A DNA stretch of 63,656 nt, filler included, from Octopus bimaculoides (Eukaryota), in assembly GCF_001194135.2 (NCBI RefSeq). It is 6 parts of 6 records of this genome, joined end to end, with 100 filler letters (N's around TTAATTAATTAA, not from the genome) between each part and the next. Parts side by side here need not be neighbours in the genome. Positions count along the whole stretch, not along the records: positions 1 to 13,716 come from NC_069004.1; 5 more parts are not named here. One strand, 5' to 3'. Shown here piece by piece: positions 1 to 12,159 of this stretch. The number at the start of each line of letters is the position of its first letter. Within the stretch, counting starts at the first letter, position 1. Both the position numbers and the translations under genes were made by a program. Under the pieces are notes generated by a model. It worked only from the letters and a program-made list of their open reading frames with translations. It did no database searches and had not been told where the DNA came from.

Positions 1-47
<47 letters not shown>

Positions 48-503
48 CACACAGACATATATATGTATATATACACATACATACACACACACACAGACAT
101 ATATTTATGTATATATATATACATAATGTTTATATGTACATTAATGTATACATGTGCATGTGTGTGAGCATGTGTGTGTGTGTATGTGTGCATGTGCACA
201 TAACACTAAAAGAAATTCTCTGTACTAGTTTAGCATATCTTATCTTATCACATCTGCAACTGTTCCAGTCAGCCTGTATGTTTGTGTATATACATATATA
301 CATACATACATACATACATACATACACACACACATATATATATGTATATAATGCATGTTTTTTATATACAGATGTGCATGTGTGTGTTTTTTAGTGTATA
401 TGTGAGTGTATGTGCATTTGTGTATATACAAATGAGTGTATGATTATGCATATATATCATCAGTGTATTATTGTTTACATATAAGTGTGTATGTTTGTGT
501 ATT

Positions 504-539
<36 letters not shown>

Positions 540-677
540 CGCAGTTACAATTTATATAACATAGACTTAGTTTATTTGTTCTAATATTGGTTGCGTATAT
601 GTGTCTGTGTGTGCATGTGTATATCTATGACAGTGTATGCATACACTTTGTCAATGCATTTACACATATATATATAC

Positions 678-708
<31 letters not shown>

Positions 709-793
709 TACACATGTACATACACACATATATATATATACATGTGCATATACATATTTACATATATATATATATATATATATNNNNNNNNNN

Positions 794-876
794 TCTACTA
801 TAGCCTTGGGCTGACCAAAGCCTTATGAGTGGATTTGGTAGACGGAAACTGAGAAGAAGTCCGTCGTATATATGCA

Positions 877-911
<35 letters not shown>

Positions 912-1110
912 ATATGTTTGTGTGTCAGTGTTTGTCCCTCCCCCCCATCGCTTGACAACCGATGGTGTTGTGTTTACGTCCCCATAACTTAGCGGTTCGG
1001 CAAAAAGAGACCGATAGAATAAGTACTAGGCTTACAAAGAATAAGTCCCGGGGTCGATTTTCTCGACTAAAGGTGGTGCTCCAGCATGGCCACAGTTAAA
1101 TGACTAAAAC
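794..1110 (+). mobile_element. tRNA-derived SINE, family A (CORE-like), 5' end lost in gap
   Basis: CTACTATAGCCTTGGGCTGACCAAAGCC...CTTGACAACCGATG...AGAATAAGTACTAGG...CCAGCATGGCC...ACAAGTAA. The same body recurs more than 10 times in the window. Confidence 0.85.
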
Positions 1111-1242
1111 AAGTAAGCAAAGAGAGTATATATATATATATATATAATTAATAAATAATAAATAACAATATATAATATATATATACATACATGCGTATAT
1201 GGGTACAAGACATCAGCAATGGTGCAAACGTAAAGCATATAC

Positions 1243-1420
1243 TTCTTTTATTACTTTTATTCGTTTCAGTCGTTTGACTGTAGCCATGCTGGAGCACCAC
1301 CTTATTCTTTGTTAGTCTAGTACTTATTCTATTGGTCTCTTTTGCTGAAACGCTAAGTTACGGGAACATAAACTCACCAACATCGGTTGTCAAGTGATGG
1401 TGGGGAGACAAACACAGACA
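1243..1420 (-). mobile_element. SINE family A, 3' half
   Basis: Reverse complement of the 794-1110 body (GCCATGCTGGAGCACC, TACTTATTCT, GGTTGTCAAG). Confidence 0.75.
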
Positions 1421-1699
1421 CACAAACATACACACACACACACAAACATACACACACACATATACATACAGATAGACAGACATGTATATGATATACATAT
1501 ATATATATATATATATGCATACACATATGCATACATATATATGTATACACACACACACGCACACATATACATGTATGGATATATGCACTCCCTCACGTAA
1601 ATGTATGTTGTTATTTTAAAAGTTCATCTCTCCTTACTTTCATAAATATAATAATGGCAACTCATTAGGAAAGTAATACACCTATCGATACATCTACCT

Positions 1700-2260
1700 G
1701 TTTAGTTATCTAACAACACACACACACACACACAAATAAATGTATATGTGTGTGTTTGTGTTTGCATGTGAGTGTATGTTTGTAGTTGTGTGTGTTTGTT
1801 TGTGTTTGTGTGTATGTGTTTGTGTTTGTGTGTGTTTGCATGTGAGTTTATGTTTGTGTTGGTGTGTGTGTGTGTTTGCATGTGAGTATGTGTGTTTGTG
1901 TGTGTGTTTGTCTGTGTGTGTGTGTATTTGTGTGTGAGTTTGTGTTTGTGTGTGTGTTTGCATGTAAGTGTGTGTGTGTTTGTATTTGTGTGTGTGTGTT
2001 TGTGTGTGTGTGTTTGCGTGTGATTGTGTGTGCTTGTAGTTGTGTGTGTATTTGTATGTGTGTGTTTGCGTGTGAGTTTATGTGTGTGTGTTTGCATGTG
2101 AGTTTATGTGTGTGTTTGTGTATGTGTTTGTATTTGTGTGTGTTTGTCTGTCTGTGTGTTTCTATGCGTTTGCTTCTGTTTGTGTGTGCATGTATGTTTA
2201 TGTGTGAGTTTGCATGTGTGTGTGCATGTGTGTATTCATAAACACACCTCTATCTATAAT
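1700..2260. repeat. compound (TG)n/(TTTG) microsatellite field
   Basis: Visible directly; it explains the CV/HT-repeat ORFs. Confidence 0.95.
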
Positions 2261-3024
2261 TTATATCTGGTTAACTTTGATTCTAAGATTGCCTTTATCT
2301 TGTTTATGAGTGTGCGTTTATGTGTCAGTGTGTGTATGTGTATATGGGCAGGTGTGAATATGTGCATGTGTTTATGAGTGTGTGTGTGTGTACCTTTGTC
2401 GGTGGCACAAGTATGATTGTGTGCAATACAAACACATATACACACACATACATACATAGACACATACGCACACAAATCTTCATTAATACCTTCAGTTCTA
2501 TTTCTCTTTTAGCTTTGGCTTCTTTCAGTCACTAGACTGTGGCCATGCTGGAGCACCACCTCNNNNNNNNNNNNNNNNNNNNNNNNNNNNNNNNNNNNNN
2601 NNNNNNNNNNNNNNNNNNNNNNNNNNNNNNNNNNNNNNNNNNNNNNNNNNNNNNNNNNNNNNNNNNNNNNNNNNNNNNNNNNNNNNNNNNNNNNNNACAC
2701 ATACACACATACACGCCCATACACATACATAGACACACATACATACACGTACACACATATACATACACGCACATACATACATTCACACACACATACATTC
2801 ACACACACATACACATGCACACACATATATACAGACATATACATACATACAGATACACATACACACATAAAAACATAGACACACATACATATGTACACGG
2901 ACATACATACGTACATGCACATACATACACGCACATACATACATTCACACACACACACACACATACATAGACACACACATACATACATAGACACATACGC
3001 ACACAAATCTTCATTAATACCTTC

Positions 3025-3240
3025 AGTTCTATTTCTCTTTTAGCTTTGGCTTCTTTCAGTCACTAGACTGTGGCCATGCTGGAGCACCACCTCAAAGGGC
3101 TTTAGTCAAACAAATCGACTCCAGTGCTTAGCTTTTAAAGTCTGGTACTTATTCTGTTGGTCTCTTCTGCCAAACTGCGAAGTTGTGGGGGACATAAATA
3201 AACCATCACTGGTTGTAAAGCAGTGGAGAACAAATGCAAT
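3025..3240 (-). mobile_element. SINE family A, 3' half
   Basis: GACTGTGGCCATGCTGGAGCACC...TACTTATTCTGTTGGTCTCTT...GGTTGTAAAGC. Confidence 0.7.
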
Positions 3241-3498
3241 ACAAACATAAGCACACACACATGTTTATATATAGTTATATATATACATATTTATGTATGT
3301 ATTTATAGATATGTGTGTGTGTGTGTGTATTCTCTCTTGAATCTTTATTATTGTGTATATATATATATATATATGCGTGTGTGTAGTATATATATATGTG
3401 TGTATATATATATATAAGCACACACACATGTATATGTATACATATATATACACACACACACATGTATATGTATACATATACACAAACACATATATATA

Positions 3499-3905
3499 CA
3501 GGTTGTGGTAAATAAACTGTCGTCTAAATTACGCAAAAATGAAAATAACACTAACATCTCATTTTAACAGATATATTTACCAAAATTACATTAAAATATT
3601 TTGAAATACTAAAGAGTAAATTTATTCGATAAAATCTCCATTGGCTTCAACCACAGCCTCCAGACGACTTCGGAATCTCCTGCAACTCTTCTGGATGGCT
3701 TCCTTGTTTAATTTGGTGAATGCTGCCATAATCCTTGCCTTCAGTTCATCTTTGGTGTTACAAGGAATTTTGTTGGTCTCTTGCTCAAACGTGCCCCACA
3801 CTTAATAATCAAGGGTGTTGCAGTCTTGGGAGTTAGGTGGCCAGATATTAGTGGGGGTGATGTGGTTGCAGAAATTGTCTGACAGCCACAAACCTGTTAT
3901 GGGTG
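3499..3905 (-). mobile_element. Tc1/mariner-superfamily (maT/DD37D-like) transposon 3' remnant
   Basis: Minus strand reads WLSDNFCNHITPTNIWPPNSQDCNTLDY*VWGTFEQETNKIPCNTKDELKARIMAAFTKLNKEAIQKSCRRFRSRLEAVVEANGDFIE* (WPPxSPDxNPLDY motif). The end is TA|CAGGTTGTGG at 3497-3508. Confidence 0.85.
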
Positions 3906-4229
3906 CACTTAAGAAGGGCAAGGGTGGGAGAAGGAAGGAAAGCAATAATGGGAGAAGTTTGGAGATGGCAGAAGAGATAGAGGGTGATACACTGGAAGGG
4001 CAGGGAGGTGTGGTAGTAGACGAGGGGTAAAGAAGATGCAGTAAGTGGGGGATTAGGATGCAGAGTGTAAGGACTTCAGTATGGCTAAGGGTATAAGTGC
4101 AGAAAGGGGGTTTGCTTTGATGAGGCTGGATGGGTAACTCATCATTGTTTCACGTCCGCCTTCCATGCTAGCATGGGTGGGAGGTGTCAAATAAATAGGC
4201 AGGCCATGTGTTGAGGCGAGCAGATAGAT

Positions 4230-4600
4230 AGTGAGATGGATGAACAGACAGACAGGTAGAATAAATAGAGAAATAGATTGGTAGATGGATGGACGGACAG
4301 AAGGACAGACAGACAGATAGATGAACAGACAGACAGGCAGATAGAATACATAGAGAGATAAATTGGTTGGTAGGTAGGTAGATGGATGGATGGACGGACG
4401 GACGGACAGACAGATAGACAGATGGATGAACAAACAGACAGGCAGAATACACAGACAAATAAATTGGTAGATAGATAGACAGATAGACAGACAGACAGAC
4501 AGAAGGATGAATGAAGGGATGGACAAACAGACAGATAAATAAATTGGTAGATAGATGGACAGACAGATGAATAGATAGACAGACAAATAGAAAGGTAGGT
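4230..4600. repeat. (GACA/GATA/GGAT)n compound microsatellite
   Basis: Visible directly. Confidence 0.9.
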
Positions 4601-5125
4601 AGTTCCTATATAAATATGGATATAAATAGACAGTGTGAGGATGCCAGTCGACAGGGAAACTTTGATGAAATTCATCTTTATCTTAAAAAAAAAAAATTAT
4701 ATCCTACTTAAAATAAATGTGCTTAGCTGTTTATATGTATAATTACACAAGAAACCCACACATTAATATGTGTGTGTGTGTGTGTATGTATGCATACATT
4801 TATGTGTGTATAGAGAGAAAGAGATGGAGTAAATTTACATGTAGCTCAATGTGTGTGTGTACATATATATATATACATACATATATATATATATATAATT
4901 TGGAGATATGTATATTTGTATGTGTGCATATATGTGTATGTTTATAGATAAACTAATATAATGTAAATGCATACGTATTATATAATAAACACGTGTGTAT
5001 GTAAACTATATATATATGTAAAATATATATGTATGTATGTGGATTGAGAGGTAAGTAGATAGGTATATACATAGAAAGGAAGATAGATAGATAAATAGAT
5101 TTGAGTGCGTGAGTAAAGATATATG

Positions 5126-5180
<55 letters not shown>

Positions 5181-5669
5181 CATATATACATAGAGAGAGT
5201 AAATTAGTAGGAAATGTTGATGGCATAAGAGTGAAGTGTGAATGAAGTAGGTGAGTAGAACAAGATTCTACATGTTCAGACAAGAGGAAAAAAAGTAAAT
5301 AAATAATAAAAACAAAACAAAATGAAATAAAATAATGGGAAAGAAAGAAATATTCTTCTAAGTGCTGTTATGTTCCAGTTTTTTGTTTGTTTATTTATTC
5401 GTATTTTTGGTTCCTCCAGGATGTCTGTGAGGTATGTCAGCTATTCCATATATTTATATTCTGTTGTGTTTGGAACTGACATAACAAATTAACTAACCAT
5501 TCCGTAACTCACAGACAAACACATGCACGCACATACACGTACACCCACACCGCAACCTGACACTACTATGTAATGGCTACTGTTGATACCCCACCACCAC
5601 CGCCAGTAGTAGTACTAATACTTCAACTACTACTACTACTACTACTACTATTAATAATAATAATAATAA

Positions 5670-5885
5670 TAATCCTTTCTACTGGAGGCACAAGACCTCA
5701 AATTTGTGGGGAGGGGACAAGTCGATTACATCGACCCCAGTGCATAACTGGTACTTAATTTATTGACCCCGAAAGGATGAAAGGCAAAGTCGACCTTGGC
5801 GGAATTTGAACTCAGAACGTAAACATAGATGAAATACTGCTAAACATTTTGCCCGGGGTGCTAAAGATTCTGCCAGCTCGCCGCC

Positions 5886-5938
<53 letters not shown>

Positions 5939-6540
5939 CCTTTTTTGCTAAAGGCACAAGGCCTGAAGTTTGTGGGGAGGAAACTAGTCGATTACATCAA
6001 CTCCAGTGCATAACTGGTACTTAATTTACTGACCCTGAAAGGATGAAAAGCGAAGTCTCAACCTCAGTGGAATTTGAACACAGAACATAGAGACAGGCAA
6101 AATACCGCTAAGCATTTTGTCCAGTGTCCTAACGATTCTGCCAGCTCATCGCCTTAATAATAATAATAATGATGATGATAAGCCTTTCTACTCTAGGCAC
6201 AGGGACTGAAATCTGCAGGAATGGAGTAAGTCAATCACATCGACCCCAGAAGTATGAAAGGCAAAGTTAATCTCAGTGGAATTCGAACTCAGAACATGGA
6301 AGATGGACGAAATACTGGTAAGCATTTCGACCAGCATCCTTATGATTCTGCTAGCTTGCCACCTTAACTATTACTACTACTACTACTACTAATAATAATA
6401 ATCCTTTCTCCTTTAAGTATAAGGCCTGAAGTTTTGTGAGGGGTGGGAGGATTAGTCGATTACATCAGCCCCAGTGTTTCACTGGTACTTAATTTATCGA
6501 CCCTGAAAGGATGAAAGGCAAAGTCGACCTCAGCAGAATG
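5670..6540 (-). mobile_element. head-to-tail cluster of four SINE family B (MetaSINE-like) copies separated by (TAA)n
   Basis: Each copy has A-box GGCGAGCTGGCAGAA, B-box GAGTTCAAATTCC and the Meta-type core GTCGACTTTGCCTTTCATCCTTTCGGGGTC on the minus strand. Copies at ~5670-5890, 5935-6155, 6180-6365 and 6400-6540 (last one 5'-truncated). Confidence 0.85.
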
Positions 6541-7044
6541 TGAAAAGCACCTTTCAAATGTGTTGGGCCTTGTGGAGACAATGACAAATGACTGAAACCT
6601 TTGGCATTGTGTCCAGGCACAATGCCATCAGGAATTACTCAGGGTAGGCAGTTGGTGACCTTTATGTAGTAAAACACAAAAAAAAAAATAAGTGAAACAC
6701 AGATGAACAACTGAGTTGGAGGCAGATTTACTTCTGCCTTTATAGCACGTAAAGAAAATTGTGTTGTAGGAGTGTACGCAGCACGTGTGTCACAGCAGTT
6801 CTATGCATGGCTTGAATATTGAGATTGAAAAACAGGGGCGAATTATGCCTACCTAATCTACAAATAATGTAAAACATTTTGTATTTTATGCAGAGTAATC
6901 AGAGTAACCTTCACAATTTTATTGAATTAGGTCCATATTTTGCCATAAAAGGACAATATTACTATTGATCTATTTTATTCAAGGTAGGCACTGCCTACCT
7001 AGGCGGCATGTCCCTGATTATGCCATGCTTGGGAAAAAGACCCA

Positions 7045-7255
7045 TCAAGCCAAGTGAGATCATAGTCGTGGCAGATACTGGTGCCACACAACTGGCATGT
7101 AAAAGCACCTGTTACACTCTTGGAGTGGTTGGTGTTAGGAAGGGCACCCAGCTGTAGAAACCATGCTGAATCAGACTAGAGTCTGGTACAGCCTTTCAGT
7201 TTGCCAGCCTTGGTCAAACCATCCAATTCATGCCAGCATGGAAAACGGATATTCT
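7045..7255 (+). mobile_element. SINE family C (V-domain-like, RTE-type tail)
   Basis: GGAGTGGTTGGTGTTAGGAAGGGCACCCAGCTGTAGAAAC core and CATGCCAGCATGGAAAACGGA tail. Confidence 0.7.
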
Positions 7256-7712
7256 ATGATGACTGTGTCCAAAGTGCTACAAAGTGGGATTGAACCTGGA
7301 ACAGACTTCTTAACCATGAAGCAATGCTTGCATTTATATATCTGTAGCAAATCAAATGCAACTGTCATCAGACAGTTCACAGAGAATTCTTGAAAAACTT
7401 CAAAATAAAACAAAACAATAAACCAAAAACAACTAATCAGAAATTCTNNNNNNNNNNNNNNNNNNNNNNNNNNNNNNNNNNNNNNNNNNNNNNNNNNNNN
7501 NNNNNNNNNNNNNNNNNNNNNNNNNNNNNNNNNNNNNNNNNNNNNNNNNNNNNNNNNNNNNNNNNNNNNNNNNNNNNNNNNNNNNNNNNNNNNNNNNNNN
7601 NNNNNNNNNNNNNNNNNNNNNNNNNNNNNNNNNNNNNNNNNNNNNNNNNNNNNNNNNNAGAAAATTAATAAATTTTGCCCACATCTCAAACCTCATCTGA
7701 AACCCCCTATAT

Positions 7713-7892
7713 AAGTGGTTCCCAACCTGGGGTTCACAATGGTAGTACTGGGATTCCATGAACTAAATTCAAAATTTCACACACACACACACACACACTC
7801 ACATAAGGATAAGCATATTAAAAGGGGCTCCATGGGTAAACTCATTAAAATGAAAGGGTTAGGGACCACTGTGAAAAGGTTGGGAATCACTG
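7713..7892. mobile_element. hAT-type MITE, degraded
   Basis: Termini (A)AGTGGTTCCCAACCT ... AGGTTGGGAATCACTG resemble hAT/Charlie TIRs. No TSD recovered. Confidence 0.6.
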
Positions 7893-8251
7893 ATATACAG
7901 AGTGGCCCAAGGTTTACAGTTATTCAACTATCTCTGTCGCTTTCATATATTAACAGTTTAGAGCTTAATTATATAAAAAAAATATGAAACCATTATTCTA
8001 TGCTAATTTAGTTAATTGTAGGATAGAAATTTAAATGTAATAAAATGATTTAAAAGAAATTTAAAGTGCCTACGTGGTAACTGTAAACCTACTTTGGGGC
8101 CACCGTCTATATAATCAAACATATACGCATACATAATCATACGCTGCTGATTGTATATACTCCGCCAAAATAATGATGATAACAATGATGATGATGATGA
8201 TGACGAAGATAATAAGAACAAAGGCAAGAGCAGGGGATGATATGGAAAGTG

Positions 8252-8265
8252 TTTATTTTTTTATT
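8252..8265 (-). terminator. candidate polyadenylation signals (two AATAAA) of OXCT1
   Basis: Plus-strand TTTATT at 8252-8257 and 8260-8265, about 230 nt past the stop. The region is AT-rich, so this may be chance. Confidence 0.3.
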
Positions 8266-8490
8266 TATATATATATCTATATTTCACACATACAGAAAAT
8301 AAAACTACGTACAAATACCACAGTCAGCTTCAATATCATTGTTGTTTTTACTGTTGCGATCATCATCATCATCATCATCACTGTCAAGAGCAAACATCTC
8401 CTCCTTTCTTCTTCCTACTTTTAATTCCACCTTTGTCAACTCACAGTGGGCTCACTTCATCTCCTCCTCCTCCTCCCCCACAGCTACCTA

Positions 8491-8532
8491 TCATAATTGC
8501 ACCTGCTGCATTGGTTTCAAGTCAGCTGACAC
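8491..8532 (-). CDS. OXCT1: succinyl-CoA:3-ketoacid CoA transferase, last coding exon
   Basis: ttttttcattgcag|GTGTCAGCTGACTTGAAACCAATGCAGCAGGTGCAATTATGA = VSADLKPMQQVQL*. Matches the human C-terminus VSPKLMPMQQI. Confidence 0.93.
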   Translation of the reverse strand: MSADLKPMQQVQL

Positions 8533-8574
8533 CTGCAATGAAAAAATAAATTATTCAATAAGTAGAGCCAAGTG

Positions 8575-8915
8575 AAATCCTAGTCATGACCAATGAGTGG
8601 TGTCACGTAATTGGCACCTGTGCCAGTGGAATGTAAGAAGCATCTTTTTTGAATGTTGGGCCTCATGGAGGCAAGGTAGACGATGACGGTGGCACATAAA
8701 AAACATCTTTTGAGCATTGGGCCTCATGAAGGCAAGGTAGACAATACCAGTGGCAAGTAAAAAGCACCTTTTGAGCGTTGGGCCTCATGGAAGTAAGGTC
8801 AATGATGCCGGTGGCACATAAAAAGCACCTTTCAAGTGTTGGGCCTCCTGGAGGCAATGAAAAATGACCGAGACTTTTGGCATTATGCCATGCTTGAGAA
8901 GGAAAACCCATCAAA
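8575..8915 (+). mobile_element. SINE family C 5' portion with four ~61-bp internal tandem units
   Basis: The unit core TTGGGCCTC(A/C)TG recurs at ~8655, 8717, 8777 and 8838. A related fragment lies at ~6540-6640. Confidence 0.7.
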
Positions 8916-9700
8916 CCTACTCAGGCTACACACATTTCATAGAGAGTAGAACCTCCGAAGTGGAAAGCATCCGAGCGAGGTGTATACTGCAGGCTACTTT
9001 TCAGGCCACTGGTATTGTGATTTAATGAAGTTTACATTGTCATTAGGAGGCCCATGTTACTGACTGAATCCTCCATGTGTTAACATGGAGGATTCAGTCA
9101 GAATGCATAGAGAGCACACTTTGACTGGAGAATATAATTGTGAGGAACTATTGTTCCTGAAGGTTGTTTATTAATATTTTCTATGGATTGCTTGAAGCTC
9201 GCTTTCTTACTACACCACAATCCTTGGGTCTTACATTTATATACATATCGTTGCTATTATGTAAAAGTGTCGTAAGTCCAAAACGTTGCTTTTTCAGAAA
9301 ATGAAAAAATAGTTTTACCATTTCATTTCTTTTTACATTAGCAACAGTTTCAGGGTAACAATAATACTTTGTTGGGTGCATAAAATTGTAACTCCATTCA
9401 TGTATGAGATTTTTCAGTCACAAATATTTTTGCAAAACTGTTGTATGTGGGACTTGCTACACTTTTGAAAAATGCTAAACTGTTGTACCACACTTTGACA
9501 ATTTTCATATCTTGGCATCTGAAGCAGCTGGAGATACAATAGTTTGACCAAAAGAACTGGCTATTGCAAGCAAAAATAAATATTGAAAAGAAAAGAAAAA
9601 AATGGCAGTTTAAAACAATAGCAATGATATATATATNNNNNNNNNNNNNNNNNNNNNNNNNNNNNNNNNNNNNNNNNNNNNNNNNNNNNNNNNNNNNNNN

Positions 9701-10080
9701 ATCCTGTCTTGTTTTCTTTTCCGTTTGTTTTCCTGTCTTGTTTTTTGTCCGCCATTACATTCCTCCATGGCACAGGTTTAATTTGTGTATACAAATTTAA
9801 TTTGCGGTCCATGGGAAGAGCCGTTTTAACAATGCGTCCTGCCCAACTCTTCGAAATGCCGGTGTTAAAACGGGGGTAGCTGATGAAGGAAAATGTTCTC
9901 TATGTGGCTTGTGTGTTTTCTGTACTCTGGTTATTATTATTTTCTTGTCTACGTTTTGTTTGCAATGTCCTGTACCCAGATATGCACCTATATATACAGG
10001 TAGATGTAGGTATGCACATACCTGTACGTATATATGCATATACTCATTTATTATTTGTTATATATATACATATATAAAAT
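9701..10080 (+). repeat. unclassified interspersed repeat; inverted second copy at 22230-22560
   Basis: Co-linear reverse-complement match over ~350 bp, identity roughly 80% by eye. Confidence 0.85.
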
Positions 10081-10129
10081 CGTCTGTATTGGCTTTTACA
10101 TTCAACATGGACACCTGATCATTCCTTAC

Positions 10130-10312
10130 CTTAAACATACAACCTGTTTTTTCAACAATGTCTTCTACATTGAAACCTTCCCCAATTTCTATAAGGGTCA
10201 TCCCCGTTTCAGGGTTGATTTCAAATACTGCTTTCTCTGTAATAATCATGTCGACACATCGTTTACCAGTCAAAGGGAGGGAGCATTCATTCAGAATTTT
10301 GTACGTGCCATC
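10130..10312 (-). CDS. OXCT1: succinyl-CoA:3-ketoacid CoA transferase, internal exon (183 nt, phase 0-0)
   Basis: tttctctctcag|GAT...AAG|gtaagg. Reads [61 protein letters not shown] (human [26 protein letters not shown]). Confidence 0.97.
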
Positions 10313-10692
10313 CTGAGAGAGAAAAAAAAAACAAGAAAAGGCTTACATTTTACAAAAATGTTTTGCGTCATAAGAATTTTTATAAATTTTTCAGGAGAAT
10401 GTGAAGCAATTCTGTTTTCGGAACAGTGGATCTCGAAGCATACATAAAGCTATGAATAACAGCATTAGGTAGAAAATCTCTTTTCGGATAGAACAAGTCA
10501 ACCCAATATTTACAAACCTATTACACTGTATAACAAAATTAAATTTTTTTTTTGAAAATTTAATAGAAGGTTTTTAATTTAGATCACTTAAAAACAAAGT
10601 TGGTGTCCTAAAACCAAGGACAGCCAAGTGCACATTGGTATTAAAAAGGGTCAAACAACTCACATTTGTGTGTGTGTGTGTGTGCCTGTGTT

Positions 10693-10903
10693 ATCATCAT
10701 CATCATCGTCGTCATTTAACGTCCGCTTTCCATGCTAGCATGGGTTGGACGATTTGACTGAGGACTGGTGAAACCGGATGGCAACACCAGGCTCCAATCT
10801 GATTTGGCAGAGTTTCTACAGCTGGATGGCCTTCCTAACGCCAACCACTCTGAGAGTGTAGTGGGTGCTTTTACGTGTCACCCGCACGAAGGCCAGTCAG
10901 GCG
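10693..10903 (-). mobile_element. SINE family C in OXCT1 intron
   Basis: Minus strand has GAGTGGTTGGCGTTAGGAAGGCCATCCAGCTGTAGAAAC...CCAACCCATGCTAGCATGGAAAGCGGACGTTAAA followed by a (TGA)n tail. Confidence 0.8.
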
Positions 10904-10932
10904 ACCCCAAATGACAGCCAGTGCTAACTTAC

Positions 10933-11022
10933 CTTCGCATTATGTTCCATGGTTACAATGACTTTGGTGTTTTTACTGGACACAAGATCCATAGCACCTC
11001 CCATACCTTTCACCATTTTACC
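10933..11022 (-). CDS. OXCT1: succinyl-CoA:3-ketoacid CoA transferase, internal exon (90 nt, phase 0-0)
   Basis: ttcttttggtag|GGT...AAG|gtaagt. Reads [30 protein letters not shown] (human [30 protein letters not shown]). Confidence 0.98.
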
Positions 11023-11394
11023 CTACCAAAAGAAAAAAAAAACATCAACAGCAAAAATACTTTCTGTTATAGGCACAAGGCCGGACATTTTTTGGAGGGT
11101 GGGGGAAGAGGAGGCAGTCAAATACATTGATTCAAACACTTGGTCGGCGCTTATAGGAATTAACATTTAACAATTTAGATGGAGTCAAAATGCATGTAGA
11201 TAACTCTTTTTTCTTCAAAACCAGTCAAATTTTATGCTGATGGAATGTTTAAATTGCCTCACAGATGGACAAAGGTCATCAATAATAATGGAAATTATTT
11301 CATTGAATAAAATCTATTGAAAGATTAATTATTTTGCATATTAAAGGACGCTCAGAACTTTCCATATAACCTAATATGTGTGTGTGTGTGTGTG

Positions 11395-11600
11395 TGTGTG
11401 CTTCCCCTTACTACTTGACAACCAGTGTTGGTGTGTTTACATCCCTGTAACTTAGCAGTTTAGTAAAAGAGCCCGATGGAATAAGTATCAGGCTCATAAA
11501 TAAAAAAAATAAGTACAGGGGTCAATTCATTCAACTAAAATTCTTCAAGGCAGTGCTCCAGCATGGCCGCAGTCAAATGACTGAAACAAGTAAAAAGATT
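11395..11600 (+). mobile_element. SINE family A 3' half in OXCT1 intron
   Basis: CTTGACAACCAGTGTTGGTGTGTTTAC...CCAGCATGGCCGCAGTCAAATGACTGAAACAAGTAAAA. Confidence 0.75.
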
Positions 11601-12066
11601 TATGTACGGATGTGAGAGTTTGTCTTTATACCCCACTGTAGTTTGACAAATGGCGTTGATTTTTTTTTTTTTTTTATATGTCCCTGTCATTCAGCTGTAG
11701 AATGATGGGAACAGGCTTGAAAAAATAAAAATAATTTCTAGGGCTGATTTGTTTGACTAAACCCTTCAAGGTAGAGCCCCACCATGGCCACAGAGTAATG
11801 ATTGAAACAAGCTGAAAAAATTGTGATTGGGATGGTAAGAGAATATACACCCTTAAATCGTAAGTGAATCTTTGATACACTGACAGGGGCATAAAACAAA
11901 AAAAAAACAAAACAAAAAAAAAATGAAACCAGCTTGATTGATCATAGTAGGGTGTTTTGAGTCATGGGTATGCTGGATCTGGGCTGTCCTGGGGCTAAAT
12001 GACAACCACACTGTGGGTCGTGGAGATTGAGATAGAAAATCAGTAGAAAGACCGAACAGAACTTAC

Positions 12067-12142
12067 AGGAATCATCCAATTTGCCAAATCTCCAAACTGT
12101 GAGACTTGCATTGCTCCAAGAACTGTAAGTCCAATGTGGCCC
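12067..12142 (-). CDS. OXCT1: succinyl-CoA:3-ketoacid CoA transferase, internal exon (76 nt, phase 2-0)
   Basis: ctcccaccag|G GGC...CCT|gtaagt. Reads [25 protein letters not shown] (human [25 protein letters not shown]). Confidence 0.98.
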
Positions 12143-12159
12143 CTGGTGGGAGATAATTG

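Noticed and set aside
2440-3092. Identical ~120-bp direct repeat on both sides of a gap (2440-2562 and 2970-3092)
   Set aside because: An exact duplicate abutting an N gap is typical of unmerged contig overlap or a haplotype artefact.
5670-8870. Regularly spaced repeats as a CRISPR-like array
   Set aside because: The units are SINE copies or ~61-bp SINE-internal tandems without unique spacers, in a eukaryotic context with no cas genes.
9879-9900. CTGATGA in the 9.7/22.4 kb repeat as a hammerhead
   Set aside because: No stem II hairpin followed by GAAA and stem III in any workable topology.
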